From an uncultured Nitrososphaerales archaeon (GTDB lineage: Archaea; Thermoproteota; Nitrososphaeria; Nitrososphaerales; Gagatemarchaeaceae): 64,000 bases of DNA. Location of the stretch: NCBI GenBank assembly GCA_963706445.1, contig OY970160.1, positions 800,001 through 864,000 of the forward strand, given 5' to 3'. The notes beneath the pieces are model-generated. The model was given only the letters and a program-made list of their open reading frames with translations, was not told where the DNA came from and ran no database searches. Positions 29,876 through 39,738 of this stretch are shown here, piece after piece (within the stretch, counting starts at the first letter, position 1; every line of letters starts with the position of its first letter). The translations under genes were made by a program, and so were the position numbers.

Positions 29876-30487
29876 TCAGGGAGACATTCGACCAGACGTT
29901 GCCGGGAGGAAGCCAAGCTCACCTAGCCTGGCGATGATCATCCTTGCCGAAGTCTTGGCGTCTGAAATCTCAGTGTTGGCCAGAATGTCAGGGGACTCGG
30001 GCTCCTCATAGGGGTCCTGGATGCCCGTCATGTTTGTTATCTCCCCCTTCCTCGCCTTCTTGTAGAGCCCCTTGGGGTCCCGCTTCTCGCAGGCTTCGAG
30101 TGATGCCTTCACAAATACTTCCACAAACCTTTCCTTCCCGATGACGTCCCTCGCCTCCGCCCGGGACTTCCTATAGGGCGATATCAATGCAACAATCCCT
30201 ATCACTCCGTTCTTGGCCAGTAGTTTGCCTACGAACGAGACACGCCTGGCGTGCTCCTGTCTGTCTTCCTTCGACAGACCCAGGTCGCGCGATATTCCCT
30301 TTCGGAATTCATCTCCGTCCAGGATTTCCACGTATCTCCCGAACTCTCCTTCAAGCATCTCCTCAAGGATCATGGCCAGGGTAGTCTTACCCGACCCTGG
30401 CAGTCCAGTCATCCAGAGAACGAACCCTTCTGGCTTTCCTATCACGAGGGCCCCCTCCCCAGAGCCGTACTTCCCTGTTACCTCCAC
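29876..30487 (-). CDS. cysC: adenylyl-sulfate kinase
   Basis: WMTGLPGSGKTT, LDGDEFR, ISPY, RDPKGLYKKARKGEI, TGIQDPYEEP. Confidence 0.97.
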   Translation of the reverse strand: MEVTGKYGSGEGALVIGKPEGFVLWMTGLPGSGKTTLAMILEEMLEGEFGRYVEILDGDEFRKGISRDLGLSKEDRQEHARRVSFVGKLLAKNGVIGIVALISPYRKSRAEARDVIGKERFVEVFVKASLEACEKRDPKGLYKKARKGEITNMTGIQDPYEEPESPDILANTEISDAKTSARMIIARLGELGFLPATSGRMSP

Positions 30488-30488
30488 C

Positions 30489-31961
30489 CTATGCCCCCTC
30501 CTGTTGAATCGGAAGAGGACTTCCGCATAGACCCTGTCCCAGTTCCCCCTCGTCGATCCCGTACAACCTTAGCAGCGTCGGGGCGATGTCCGCGATCTTC
30601 GCTCCCTTCAACTCCCTTCCACCTAGGTCGGCCTTGGGGTCAGACATAAGAAATATTCCCTTCATAGAATGGACCGAGTCATCGGGCCCGGTGTCGTTCT
30701 CGAAGAGGTAGTTCGAATCGTGCCCGACCGTGCCAGCTGACCTCCAATTGAGGTCGTCGAAGTAGACCATCAGGTCTGGTTTGTCCCCGATGGCTGTTCC
30801 ATAGAGTTGGGTAGGCTCTAGCACGGAGTTCTTCATCACCTTCCCCTTGTCGTCTTTGATTTGAAGAATCCGTCGCTTCAATTCCATCTTCTCTGCTTCG
30901 AAGTCCATTGGCTCGACTACCCCGCTTGGTTCCCGGCCCTTGACGTTGAAGAATATCCTTGCGTAATATCCGCCCCACCCCCAGGCTCTCGTCTTCTCCC
31001 AGTCAACCTGTGCCTTCTCTATGTCTGACCCCTTCATGGGCGGGAACTTGAACTTCAGGTACCCCTGCTCCACCAGCCACTGGTTCACACAGAATGCCCC
31101 CTGCATTCCCTTTGATCCGTGGTCTGAAAGGATGAATGTGAGACAATCCTCGCCAAAGATCTCGATCAACCTGCCAATCCTTTCGTCGACCATCTGGTAG
31201 TACTCCCTGTCTATCTGTTCGTACTGGGTCCCTTTCACATACTTGGGGTGAGTTGGATCGAAGAACTTCCAGAACGCGTGGTGGAGCCGGTCGAAGCCTA
31301 TTTCATGCATCATGAAGAAGTCCCAAGGTCTTGTCTTTGCAAGATGCTCTGCGACATCGAAGCGCCTGCGGGTCATGTCGAAAAGCTGGGTCTTCAGTGT
31401 GTCTCGATTGTCTGTCCTGAAGGTGACGTCGAACACATAGTTCCCGCCACTCGCAGCCAGAACCTCAGTTTTCAGCTCAGGAGGAGATGTGAACTCTCTG
31501 TCCGGGCTCGGAGTGAGAAAGCACGAAACCCCCTCGACGCCGGGGATTGCCCTTGGAGGATACGAAGGAGGGACGCCCAGTACGACGCTCTTCATCCCGT
31601 GAGACCCAAGGATCTCCCAGACCGTCTTCTCCTTCACCGAGGTTGAGTTTACGATGTATCCATCTGAGTAGGCGTTCCCCCTTCTGTGCCTGAACCCATA
31701 GATTCCAAGTCGGCCCGGATTTTTGCCTGTCATCATCACCATCCACGCAGGTATGGTAATAGGGGGGTCACACGTTTCCAGTTCCCCGTGCAGGCCCTTT
31801 TCGTAAAGGCGCCGAATGTTGGGGAGTTTGTCCAGCAGCTTCGAGAACATCATTTCTGGTGGAACGGAATCGAGTCCAATTACGGCAACTTTTCGTTTCA
31901 AGTCAGAGACACCATCGGCGCCGATGAAATACGGGGCATCCTCGAAGAAGTTTTTGACCAT
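30489..31961 (-). CDS. alkaline phosphatase superfamily protein (COG3379/NPP-like), Thr nucleophile
   Basis: IGLDS, PPITIPAW, TGKNPG, DRLHH, SDHG, GPDDSVH; 1 bp from cysC. Confidence 0.9.
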   Translation of the reverse strand: MVKNFFEDAPYFIGADGVSDLKRKVAVIGLDSVPPEMMFSKLLDKLPNIRRLYEKGLHGELETCDPPITIPAWMVMMTGKNPGRLGIYGFRHRRGNAYSDGYIVNSTSVKEKTVWEILGSHGMKSVVLGVPPSYPPRAIPGVEGVSCFLTPSPDREFTSPPELKTEVLAASGGNYVFDVTFRTDNRDTLKTQLFDMTRRRFDVAEHLAKTRPWDFFMMHEIGFDRLHHAFWKFFDPTHPKYVKGTQYEQIDREYYQMVDERIGRLIEIFGEDCLTFILSDHGSKGMQGAFCVNQWLVEQGYLKFKFPPMKGSDIEKAQVDWEKTRAWGWGGYYARIFFNVKGREPSGVVEPMDFEAEKMELKRRILQIKDDKGKVMKNSVLEPTQLYGTAIGDKPDLMVYFDDLNWRSAGTVGHDSNYLFENDTGPDDSVHSMKGIFLMSDPKADLGGRELKGAKIADIAPTLLRLYGIDEGELGQGLCGSPLPIQQEGA

Positions 31962-32095
31962 GGTATTTCTGTATTTTCGATTCTTTCACAGAGTATTCGG
32001 TCAGTTTCTGGGTCCTTCCCGCCTTCAACTGGTCCATCCATGGGCGCGGGCTACGGTTCATAGCTCAGGCGAGTGGGCCATTCTCGACTGTCGGT

Positions 32096-32875
32096 TCACA
32101 GCTTCTTCTGGGTTATTGAGAACACGCAGGCGGGCGCCCCTTTCAGGACGCACTTCACTTCGGTTGATACTGCGGTGAATCCGTAGACCTTCTCAACTGC
32201 CCCAGTCAGATAACCCCGCATGAAGTTGCACCCTGTCCTGGACTTGGCCCCCTCTGAGCATTCGAAGCAATCCCTTACTTCTACGGAGAAGGAACCGTCC
32301 TTTTCGCTGGTCTTGGAACTGAGGACCCCCCACCCCTGGGCCGAGAGTAGCCTTCTCAGCACCCCAACCTGAGCTTTGACCCGCTCCGATCCTAGCAGAT
32401 TGAACATGTCCTCGGCATTCCTCTGGCTGAGGGTGTAGCCCTCCTGGTAAAGAAGCGCCTCCCCTCCGCTCCCGAGCGTCTTCGCCACATGGTCGAACAT
32501 ATGCGTCAAGCCATCCCGTCTGAAGAGCATGTAGTCTTCATCGTCGACGACGATGCCGGTGTGGAATGTATCAACCAGAAGCCCGTCCTTTCCGCTGGCG
32601 ACCACCACTTCCATGGCCGCCTTTGAGGCGTCGATGAGCTTCTCGAGATCCTTCGGACCTTGACCTTTGACGATGGACTCCGCGAAGCCGCTGAACATGG
32701 CGGTCCCGTCGCTGAGTGAATAGGTTGTCGTTCCGATCAGATTCACCTTGGAACTGAGTAGTTCAAGTATTGAGCTGTATGACCCGGGCTCGTCCGATAG
32801 CTTGACCACTATCTGGAACAATTCCTTCCCGGGTGCATAGTGCAAAGGAAAGGTCCTCTTCTTGACTTCTTTCAT
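32096..32875 (-). CDS. ACT-like plus V4R domain protein
   Basis: VKLSDEPG; GWG, DCFEC, CNFMRGYLTG, EVKC..G..AC. Confidence 0.85.
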   Translation of the reverse strand: MKEVKKRTFPLHYAPGKELFQIVVKLSDEPGSYSSILELLSSKVNLIGTTTYSLSDGTAMFSGFAESIVKGQGPKDLEKLIDASKAAMEVVVASGKDGLLVDTFHTGIVVDDEDYMLFRRDGLTHMFDHVAKTLGSGGEALLYQEGYTLSQRNAEDMFNLLGSERVKAQVGVLRRLLSAQGWGVLSSKTSEKDGSFSVEVRDCFECSEGAKSRTGCNFMRGYLTGAVEKVYGFTAVSTEVKCVLKGAPACVFSITQKKL

Positions 32876-32933
32876 CGTAGGTTTGCTCCTCCATTAAGAA
32901 TCCTGAGCTTTAAGGATGACAGAGAGGTCACTA

Positions 32934-33293
32934 CTACTTCTTCTCCACCATGCCGCGGACCAGCTCGGACGCCATCGGGATGAGCTTCTTCGGGACTTCG
33001 TTCTCCAGTATGACAAGCTGGTACTCCTTGGCCAATGCGGACGCCCTCTCGCTCAGCTTCGGAGACACGCAGAGCACAGCTTTCTCCGGTCCTGTGTCGA
33101 ACACCTTCACGTAGAACTTCAGCACCTTCATCTCGTCTACCTCCTTCACAGATAGCTCAGTATCGACGACAATCTTGACCTTCCCAGAATCGGGAAGAAG
33201 GGCGAAGGCGAACTCATGCTTCACCCCTGACTTGCCGACTATCAGGGCAGGTGCGGACGCCTTGATGCCCTCCCCAGTCAATTCAGATGCCAT
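32934..33293 (-). CDS. restriction-endonuclease-like (PD-(D/E)XK) fold protein, probably inactive
   Basis: IVGKSGVKHEF, VLKFYVKVFD, LSERASALAKEY; catalytic acids poorly conserved. Confidence 0.55.
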   Translation of the reverse strand: MASELTGEGIKASAPALIVGKSGVKHEFAFALLPDSGKVKIVVDTELSVKEVDEMKVLKFYVKVFDTGPEKAVLCVSPKLSERASALAKEYQLVILENEVPKKLIPMASELVRGMVEKK

Positions 33294-33605
33294 TGTTTCG
33301 AAACCTGTCGCCGTCTCCAGAAAAAGGACAGCGGGTGAAAAAGGCAACCAGATCCACGCTCGGGAAGCATGAAATGAAAGGACAAAGAACGCAAGTTGGA
33401 ACGAAAGCACATACATCAGCGTCCTGAATCTCAAACTCTGCCCTCCGTTGGCGATAGAACTAGTATTATAGACGTTTTCACCTGCGCACCGCGAATAATC
33501 TCGTAGCCGCAAGGCTATCAGAATTTTACAAGATTGTCAGGGTTCTGAAGCCCACAACAATCTATCCAGAAAGCCCGAGGACAAACCATGGAAGAGGAAG
33601 ACTAG

Positions 33606-33818
33606 ATGGGGGGATATCTCTATCGCGGAAGGTCTTGGTTCTCGAGAGAATCACGCGGGGGTGCTAGGAGCATTGAACGAGTGACGGAGCCATCGTTCTG
33701 CGAAGAAGGTCGGTGTCCACGCCTCGCCATCTGGCGCCTTGCACATGGGTCTCAGACAACGGATTTCTGCCCCAGGCACGCCCTAGCGACAATGAAAGAC
33801 AGGAAACGGTGGTTGTAG
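33606..33818 (+). CDS. small hypothetical protein (Cys/His motif)
   Basis: FCEEGRC..FCPRH; purine-rich leader. Confidence 0.35.
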   Translation: MGGYLYRGRSWFSRESRGGARSIERVTEPSFCEEGRCPRLAIWRLAHGSQTTDFCPRHALATMKDRKRWL

Positions 33819-33862
33819 CGCCTCCTGGGCGCCAAAGACATCCCTCGAGCGGTCCTACGCCC

Positions 33863-34837
33863 TTAGCGGGACCGCGTTGGTTGGGAGGAACTCGTCGCAC
33901 TATATATCCGACTGCGCCTGTCTTCGAAGCTTGTGTGTTCTGATATCAGTCCGCGTTGAAGCAGATCGTCAAGTGCTTTCTGTATGGTCCTCCTGGGGAG
34001 CTGGGTGGTCGCCAGTATCCCCTTCTGATCTATCGGTTGCAGGTTCCTGATCGCGTAAAGAACGAACTTCACCGACGGACCTGCGATCAACTCTTCACCT
34101 GGCCTGTCGATCCCGAATGTGTCGAACCTGAGTCCCATCCTCTCAGATTGCACGGCGGCCACCGAACCGAGCGCCACGTGGCCCAGGTTCACATTGGGCC
34201 CGAGCTCAAGAATGAGGGCAGCCTGCTGAGTCTCAGAAGGGGCCTCGAATATGAGGTCACGATGGTCGAAGGTGCTCGTTATCGATCTCAGGAATGGCCA
34301 CTTCAGGTTCCCCTCCAGGTCATAGATGCCTACCCCCCTCCCGCGCTCCCTGCTTTCAATCACCACCTTGAAGGGCCCTAGGCGTAGTCCCCACTGGATC
34401 TGGGCCAGAGTCTCGTTCAGTGAAAGCTGGGCAGAAGGGTCCTTCTTGCCAACCGTGTACAGCACGTCTAGACCAGCAGTCCTGGCCTTGGCTACGAGGC
34501 GCTCCTTCTCCGAAGCAGATATCTCGATGATCCCATCAGAAACCTCCACCATGTCAAACCCGAGGGACTTCGCCCTTGCAAGGGCCTTGTCACTACCCCC
34601 GTCTGGGAACGACCTCTCGATCAGCATGCCAGACATGGCGACCCTCACGCCTTCTTCTCGGTAGAACTTGACCCGCTCCCGGACGCCGTCTTCACTCCAG
34701 ACCAAGGGCAGCCCCCACCCGATGACCACGGCGCTGACGTACTTTGCTACTTCATGGAACTCATCTTTGACAAGACCTGAGAGCCGATCCAGCACGATAG
34801 TGAGGCCGTATTCGTCCTGCGGCATTTTCTGTATCAT
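33863..34837 (-). CDS. phosphosulfolactate synthase (ComA)-like domain fused to a C-terminal winged HTH
   Basis: GLTIVLD, GWG, EVSDG, VGKKD, IESRE, IFEAP..QQ, NVNLG, GLRFDT; tail LPRRTIQKALDDL..DRRSRIY. Confidence 0.85.
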   Translation of the reverse strand: MIQKMPQDEYGLTIVLDRLSGLVKDEFHEVAKYVSAVVIGWGLPLVWSEDGVRERVKFYREEGVRVAMSGMLIERSFPDGGSDKALARAKSLGFDMVEVSDGIIEISASEKERLVAKARTAGLDVLYTVGKKDPSAQLSLNETLAQIQWGLRLGPFKVVIESRERGRGVGIYDLEGNLKWPFLRSITSTFDHRDLIFEAPSETQQAALILELGPNVNLGHVALGSVAAVQSERMGLRFDTFGIDRPGEELIAGPSVKFVLYAIRNLQPIDQKGILATTQLPRRTIQKALDDLLQRGLISEHTSFEDRRSRIYSATSSSQPTRSR

Positions 34838-34952
34838 TATCCTCCTTAATCTGTAGGAACAGAGCTGGACTATCTATGTTTTATGCATCATCTGCACTCA
34901 TACCCTAGATTTGAACGCAGTTGCTGCAGATATGCCCACCTAGATTGCGCCC

Positions 34953-34966
34953 ATAACCGAGGTTAT
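34953..34966. promoter_or_regulatory. inverted repeat ATAACC-GA-GGTTAT overlapping a TATA-like TTATAT
   Basis: lies in the divergent comA-HTH / tauE intergenic region. Confidence 0.4.
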
Positions 34967-35038
34967 ATGCTTGTGTATGAAACCCCGCCTTGTGCGGGGA
35001 TTCAGAATCAGTATCTTGACTCTATGTGGGGGTCTTAA

Positions 35039-35995
35039 TTGATGGCCTTTGACATCACGGTGCTGGTCTTCCTCACCATCCTGTCGCTTGCGGCCGCGAC
35101 CGTCAATGGTGGATTGGGGTACGGCTACTCGAGCCTTTCGACTCCTCTGGCCATACTCGTCATAATCAACAAGGTGATAAATCCGGTCTACATTCTGGTT
35201 GAAGGAATGATGAATTCGGTGATGCTCATTCTCTCTGGAAAGGCAAACATAAAATCCACCTTCAAACGCGTCCTTCCTGTTATCGCAGCGCTGATCCCTG
35301 CCGCCATAGTGGGAAGCATCGCGCTGTCGTTGATTGCCCCTCTTTGGATCAGGTTGATTGTGTATGTCTCCATTCTCCCGTTGATCCTCATGCAGGCCGC
35401 TGGGTTCAGGAGGCCCATAAAGAACGAAAAGACAGCGGGGATCCCCTTGGGCGCAGGGGTCGGACTTCTGTACTCGATCACAACCATTTCGGGCCCTCCC
35501 ATCGCCCTCTTCTGGAATAATCAGGGGATGGTCAAAAGCGAGTTCAAAGCCGCGATCGCCCAGGTCAGGATTGTGGAATCAGCGACCACCATTGCTGCAT
35601 ACACAGCACTAGGCCTTTTCACGGCTACAACATTCCAGCTGTTCACCTATGTCGCTCCCCCCATCTTGATTGGTCTCCCCCTTGGATTCTTCATTGTGAA
35701 GAGGATAGGACCCGAAGTGTTCAGGCGGGTGTGCATGAGCTTCGACGCGTGGATCGTTGGTTACGGGCTAGCGGTGGTCCTTGGCAGCCTCTTCGGACTG
35801 ATCGAATTCGGTTACGCAATCTGGGTGTTTGTCATCGGGATAGACCTCATGCTCCTCTACAGGTTCTTCGGTAAGCGAAAGGGGAACGGTGTTGCGGGTC
35901 TGGTCAAGTCGCCCCAAACCACACCGATCAAGGCTTCAGCTTCAGAAGCCAGGCCAATCAAGCAGAACAAGCCCGAAGACGGCAGGGATGGCTGA
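35039..35995 (+). CDS. TauE/SafE family anion (sulfite/sulfonate) transporter
   Basis: AATVNGGLGYG, TTISGPP; ~9 TM. Confidence 0.85.
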   Translation: MMAFDITVLVFLTILSLAAATVNGGLGYGYSSLSTPLAILVIINKVINPVYILVEGMMNSVMLILSGKANIKSTFKRVLPVIAALIPAAIVGSIALSLIAPLWIRLIVYVSILPLILMQAAGFRRPIKNEKTAGIPLGAGVGLLYSITTISGPPIALFWNNQGMVKSEFKAAIAQVRIVESATTIAAYTALGLFTATTFQLFTYVAPPILIGLPLGFFIVKRIGPEVFRRVCMSFDAWIVGYGLAVVLGSLFGLIEFGYAIWVFVIGIDLMLLYRFFGKRKGNGVAGLVKSPQTTPIKASASEARPIKQNKPEDGRDG

Positions 35996-36052
35996 ACATC
36001 GGGGTTGGCACATCCAGCAATTCTCTTCGCGTTCATGGACGCATGAGACGGG

Positions 36053-37693
36053 TCAGAGTCTCTTTCCAGATCTCACCACGGCCCTAGTTGCATCCTGCAG
36101 GGCGTTGGCAGAACCTTCTCTCATGTATCTGACCGGGCCCATAGCCAGTTCGCCGTCCCGAGTAAACAACCCCGACAGGACCTTCCCGTCCATGTCCGAC
36201 GGGACTTCGACCCCGAGGATGTGCAAGATAGTGGGTGGCAGGTCGATAAGTGAAGCGTCTTCAAAAGTCGGTGTCTGAACCAGTCCTTCTCCCGCGGCAA
36301 TCAGGACCCCGTCCATCCGGTGACTCCCCGAGTATATGGGGTCGGGGGAGATCATCTTGCGGCTCCCGAACTCGAATAGCCTGTGGGCCCTGTAGGTCAT
36401 GGTGCTGTCGAAGAACACAATGTCCGGTGCGGCGTCGAAGCATGGCCCCGAGTAGATCTCATCTTTCGAGTAAATGATGTCGAACAGAATCCTCCCTGTC
36501 TTGGGGTCTCGGAGTGCCGCCACCTTTGACTTGAGTTCCTGTAGCAGACCCGGAGCTTTCGCAGGGTCGAGCTTCCCTCTCGGCTCTCGGCCTTTGATGT
36601 TGAGGAAGAATTGCCCGTAGTTTCCGTAAGAATAGACCAGCGTCTCGTCCCAGTCGATGTCGTCCAAGGATAGGGAGACTTTCTTCGCAAGCTCCAGGCT
36701 CCTTGATTTCTTCCCGTAAGCATAGGTCCTCGAACCCACGAGCCCGAGACTCTTTGCAGCGCGGAAGAGGAAGTCCGTTGTGATGCCCACCTTGAAGAAT
36801 GCCCTCCTTACCCTGGTCCCAGTGCTCCGTCTGAGCCTAAGGTACCCATTGTCCAGGAGCCAATTGTTCATGTAGACAGCATAGTAGACAGGGCCGAAAC
36901 CGTGGTCGGAGATCACGAAAACCCTGTCGTCAGGTGACAGGTCAGACATGACCTCTCCGAAGGCCGAATCGACGGCGTCGTAGACATCGTAGAAGAGGGG
37001 GCCGAATTTCGAAGCCTTGGCAGGGTCGTATTTCGGATTGTCTTTATCGATGTACCTCCAATAGAAGTGGCTGACTACGTCGGTCGCGTCAAACACTGTA
37101 ACAATAAGGTCCCATTCGTCCTTCTTCATCAGGTGGCGGACCACGCGTGCTTGGTCCTTTGTAATGGTGAGCATGTCATCGAAGAGCTTGAGCTCGTCTC
37201 CTGGCTTCAGGAAGTGAGGGCTTGGCTTGTGGAGATGGGTGATGCCGAGCTCTTTCTCGACTTCTGTGAGCACCTCCCGCGGGATTGCGAAGTCTCGCCT
37301 TGTTTCAGGGTAGGGAAACCCAGAGATCATAGTCCCATTGACCGGCTCAGGGGGGTAGGTCAGAGGCACGTTCACTATGAGGCATTTCTTCCCTCTGGCA
37401 GACGCATACTGCCATAGTGTTCTCCCTTTTCTGTCAAGGGACGAAACCGGGGCGTAGGTATAGGTGCCGGGGACCCTTGTCGAGAAATCATAGATACCGT
37501 GCTTCCCGGGATTCTTTCCGGTGGCGAAGGTGTTCCAGGCTGTGGCAGACAGGGGGAGGATTGTGGACCTTAGACTCCCCATGGTTCCATGTGCGGCCAG
37601 CCCGCTGAAGTTCTTCAAGCGTCCCTGGGCCATCATCGGCTTCATGATGTCGAGGGTGGCGCCGTCGAGTCCGACTACGACTACCTTTGGCAA
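36053..37693 (-). CDS. alkaline phosphatase superfamily protein (COG3379/NPP-like), Ser nucleophile
   Basis: GLDGAT, STILPLSATAW, TGKNPGKHG, DVVSH, SDHGFG, GSHRMDG. Confidence 0.92.
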   Translation of the reverse strand: MPKVVVVGLDGATLDIMKPMMAQGRLKNFSGLAAHGTMGSLRSTILPLSATAWNTFATGKNPGKHGIYDFSTRVPGTYTYAPVSSLDRKGRTLWQYASARGKKCLIVNVPLTYPPEPVNGTMISGFPYPETRRDFAIPREVLTEVEKELGITHLHKPSPHFLKPGDELKLFDDMLTITKDQARVVRHLMKKDEWDLIVTVFDATDVVSHFYWRYIDKDNPKYDPAKASKFGPLFYDVYDAVDSAFGEVMSDLSPDDRVFVISDHGFGPVYYAVYMNNWLLDNGYLRLRRSTGTRVRRAFFKVGITTDFLFRAAKSLGLVGSRTYAYGKKSRSLELAKKVSLSLDDIDWDETLVYSYGNYGQFFLNIKGREPRGKLDPAKAPGLLQELKSKVAALRDPKTGRILFDIIYSKDEIYSGPCFDAAPDIVFFDSTMTYRAHRLFEFGSRKMISPDPIYSGSHRMDGVLIAAGEGLVQTPTFEDASLIDLPPTILHILGVEVPSDMDGKVLSGLFTRDGELAMGPVRYMREGSANALQDATRAVVRSGKRL

Positions 37694-37747
37694 CTAGACA
37701 CCAATTCTCCTCTCGTACAGGAATCCAGTTTACATGTCAAGCCGGCA

Positions 37748-37999
37748 TTACATGTACCCGAGGTCTCTGAGCCTCTGCTCAACTGAAGCCTGGTCCTCTT
37801 TGGAGAAGACGTTCTCGGACTGCTTTGCCTCCTGAGGGTGTCCGCCTTCGAGTTCCGCGACGACCTGCTCGACCACATAGGTGACGTACTCATCGAGGGT
37901 CTTGAAGTCGCTCCCCACCAGCCTGCGTTTGACCCTTTCGGCTAAAGCTGAAGGTATATTGACTACAACCGTGTCTGACCTATCCAAGGTTGAAGGCAC
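37748..37999 (-). CDS. CopG/RHH protein with C-terminal RLRDLGY tail
   Basis: VVVNIPSALAERVK..FKTLDEYVTYVV; FSKEDQASVEQRLRDLGYM. Confidence 0.85.
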   Translation of the reverse strand: MPSTLDRSDTVVVNIPSALAERVKRRLVGSDFKTLDEYVTYVVEQVVAELEGGHPQEAKQSENVFSKEDQASVEQRLRDLGYM

Positions 38000-38201
38000 G
38001 GCTCAAAAGTCCTCTTTAACGGTTTTGTCGGTTATTATGGAGGTTTTTTTCTGAAAACTCACAGGAATCAACCTGTAGGGCCTGGACCGAGGAGCCGGGA
38101 ATAATCTTCGCCACAACCTCGCAATCTAGGCCAAGCCATAACCCAGCCTGAGGGATTCGGCAAACGAATCGCTTTAATTGATAGGGATGGTCCCCACGAA
38201 C

Positions 38202-38714
38202 ATGCGCAGCGGCGAAGACCCCAAGCTGGACGAACTCGACCTGTGGCTGGTGGAAGCGTTGATCGAAAATCCCGACATCAAGTTCAAGGCCCTCGCCACA
38301 AGGATCGGGTCGGACCAGCGCACCATAGCAAAGAGGATAAAGTCTCTAAAGGAGTCAGGGGTCATCAAGCTAGGAGTTGAGGTAGACTGGGCGGGCCTCG
38401 GATTGCAGGCCAGGGCCTTCGTCGGCTCCGACACAGCACTGGGTGAGAAGGCCGTCGCAAAACTGATCGAATTCCTCCGTTCCGACCCCAGGATTATCGA
38501 AGCCTACCAGACGGTAGGGACCAACGAATACGTGATGTATGTGATAGAGAAGGACCTGCCGAGCCTCAGAGATTCCGTCCTCAATGACCTGGAGCCTCTC
38601 ACCGCGGACCTCAAGACAAGCGTTATCGCGTCGGAGATAAAGCGGAAGGATCAGCTTTCTCTGATACGGTATCTGAGGACGCTTAGATATCCCAGAAGCA
38701 TCTCGAAGCCTTAG
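38202..38714 (+). CDS. Lrp/AsnC family transcriptional regulator
   Basis: LDELDL, DQRTIAKRIKSLKESGVI, YQTVGTNEY. Confidence 0.88.
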   Translation: MRSGEDPKLDELDLWLVEALIENPDIKFKALATRIGSDQRTIAKRIKSLKESGVIKLGVEVDWAGLGLQARAFVGSDTALGEKAVAKLIEFLRSDPRIIEAYQTVGTNEYVMYVIEKDLPSLRDSVLNDLEPLTADLKTSVIASEIKRKDQLSLIRYLRTLRYPRSISKP

Positions 38715-38838
38715 ACGAGTACCGGAGTCGACGCTTCCGCGGTTCCTTTCTTGGATTCAGCCCAGTGGACTTATAATGCCTAGGTGATTATCGCGAAATG
38801 GAGGCCCCGCCCATACAGACCATTCGGATATCTGATCC

Positions 38839-39717
38839 TTGATCCTCGACACCGCTACAATCCTGCCTCTCTTGGTCCTGTTTGCCCTTGGATTCCTCAC
38901 CGGAGGCCTTTCAAACGTGACCAGCGGAGGAGCTGGAATATTCACGATCTACTACCTCACGAACTACGAGGGGCTTGTGATTCAAGATTCAACGGGGACG
39001 GTGCTGGCTGCTTCCGCCCTGATGGTTCTTGTTGGGGCAATCGCTTTCTACAGAAAGAAACAGGTCAATACGCAATTGGCCATTACGGTGGGCGTTTCAG
39101 GTGTGCTGAGCGCCTTCCTCGCCGCCAGGTGGGCATCTACGCTTCAATCGTCTTCTCTCGAAGAAGCTTTCGGGGCTTTCACCCTGGTGCTGGCCTTCTA
39201 CACAGCGCTAAAGTTCACCAACGATTGGCGAAATGAGAAGAGAAAGGCTCCGACGGCGGATTCGGCAATCGCCTCAGGAAACATTGCTCGGCCATCATCT
39301 GCCGGATTAAGTCAACCGTCGAGGTGGGCAGGGAGGACCCCCGCGGCCCTGGCGGTTCAGATTGCGAAGGGGCTCCTCATAGGCGCGGCCACCGGTCTCT
39401 TCGGTGTTGGACTCGCGAGTCTGAGCGTGGTCCTGTTCTTCCTCCTCTTCAAACTTGACACGAAGGTGATCCTTGGGACCAGCCTTTTCGCTTCCTTCTT
39501 CAGGTATCTCGGGGGGGCCGCGGGCTATCTTACTACAGGAGAGATCGACCCCCTCTTCTTCCTGATTCTGGTTGTCGGTGGCGGGCTGGGGAGCTTCATA
39601 GGGGCGCGCATTCTGCTCGGAGGAGGGCGGGGGTCGAAGGACATCTACGTGAAAATCATAGTGGTGGGCATACTGGTCTTCATCAGCTACGAATTCTTCC
39701 TCAAGCATCTCATTTGA
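38839..39717 (+). CDS. TauE/SafE family transporter
   Basis: GFLTGGLS..GGAG, GAATGLFGVG, GTSLF; 8 TM. Confidence 0.85.
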   Translation: MILDTATILPLLVLFALGFLTGGLSNVTSGGAGIFTIYYLTNYEGLVIQDSTGTVLAASALMVLVGAIAFYRKKQVNTQLAITVGVSGVLSAFLAARWASTLQSSSLEEAFGAFTLVLAFYTALKFTNDWRNEKRKAPTADSAIASGNIARPSSAGLSQPSRWAGRTPAALAVQIAKGLLIGAATGLFGVGLASLSVVLFFLLFKLDTKVILGTSLFASFFRYLGGAAGYLTTGEIDPLFFLILVVGGGLGSFIGARILLGGGRGSKDIYVKIIVVGILVFISYEFFLKHLI

Positions 39718-39738
39718 GATAACCCCGGAGGAAATATT

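Noticed and set aside
33863-34837. Coenzyme M biosynthesis or methanogenesis
   Set aside because: Only a divergent ComA-like domain is present; there are no comB/C/DE or methanogenesis genes in the window.
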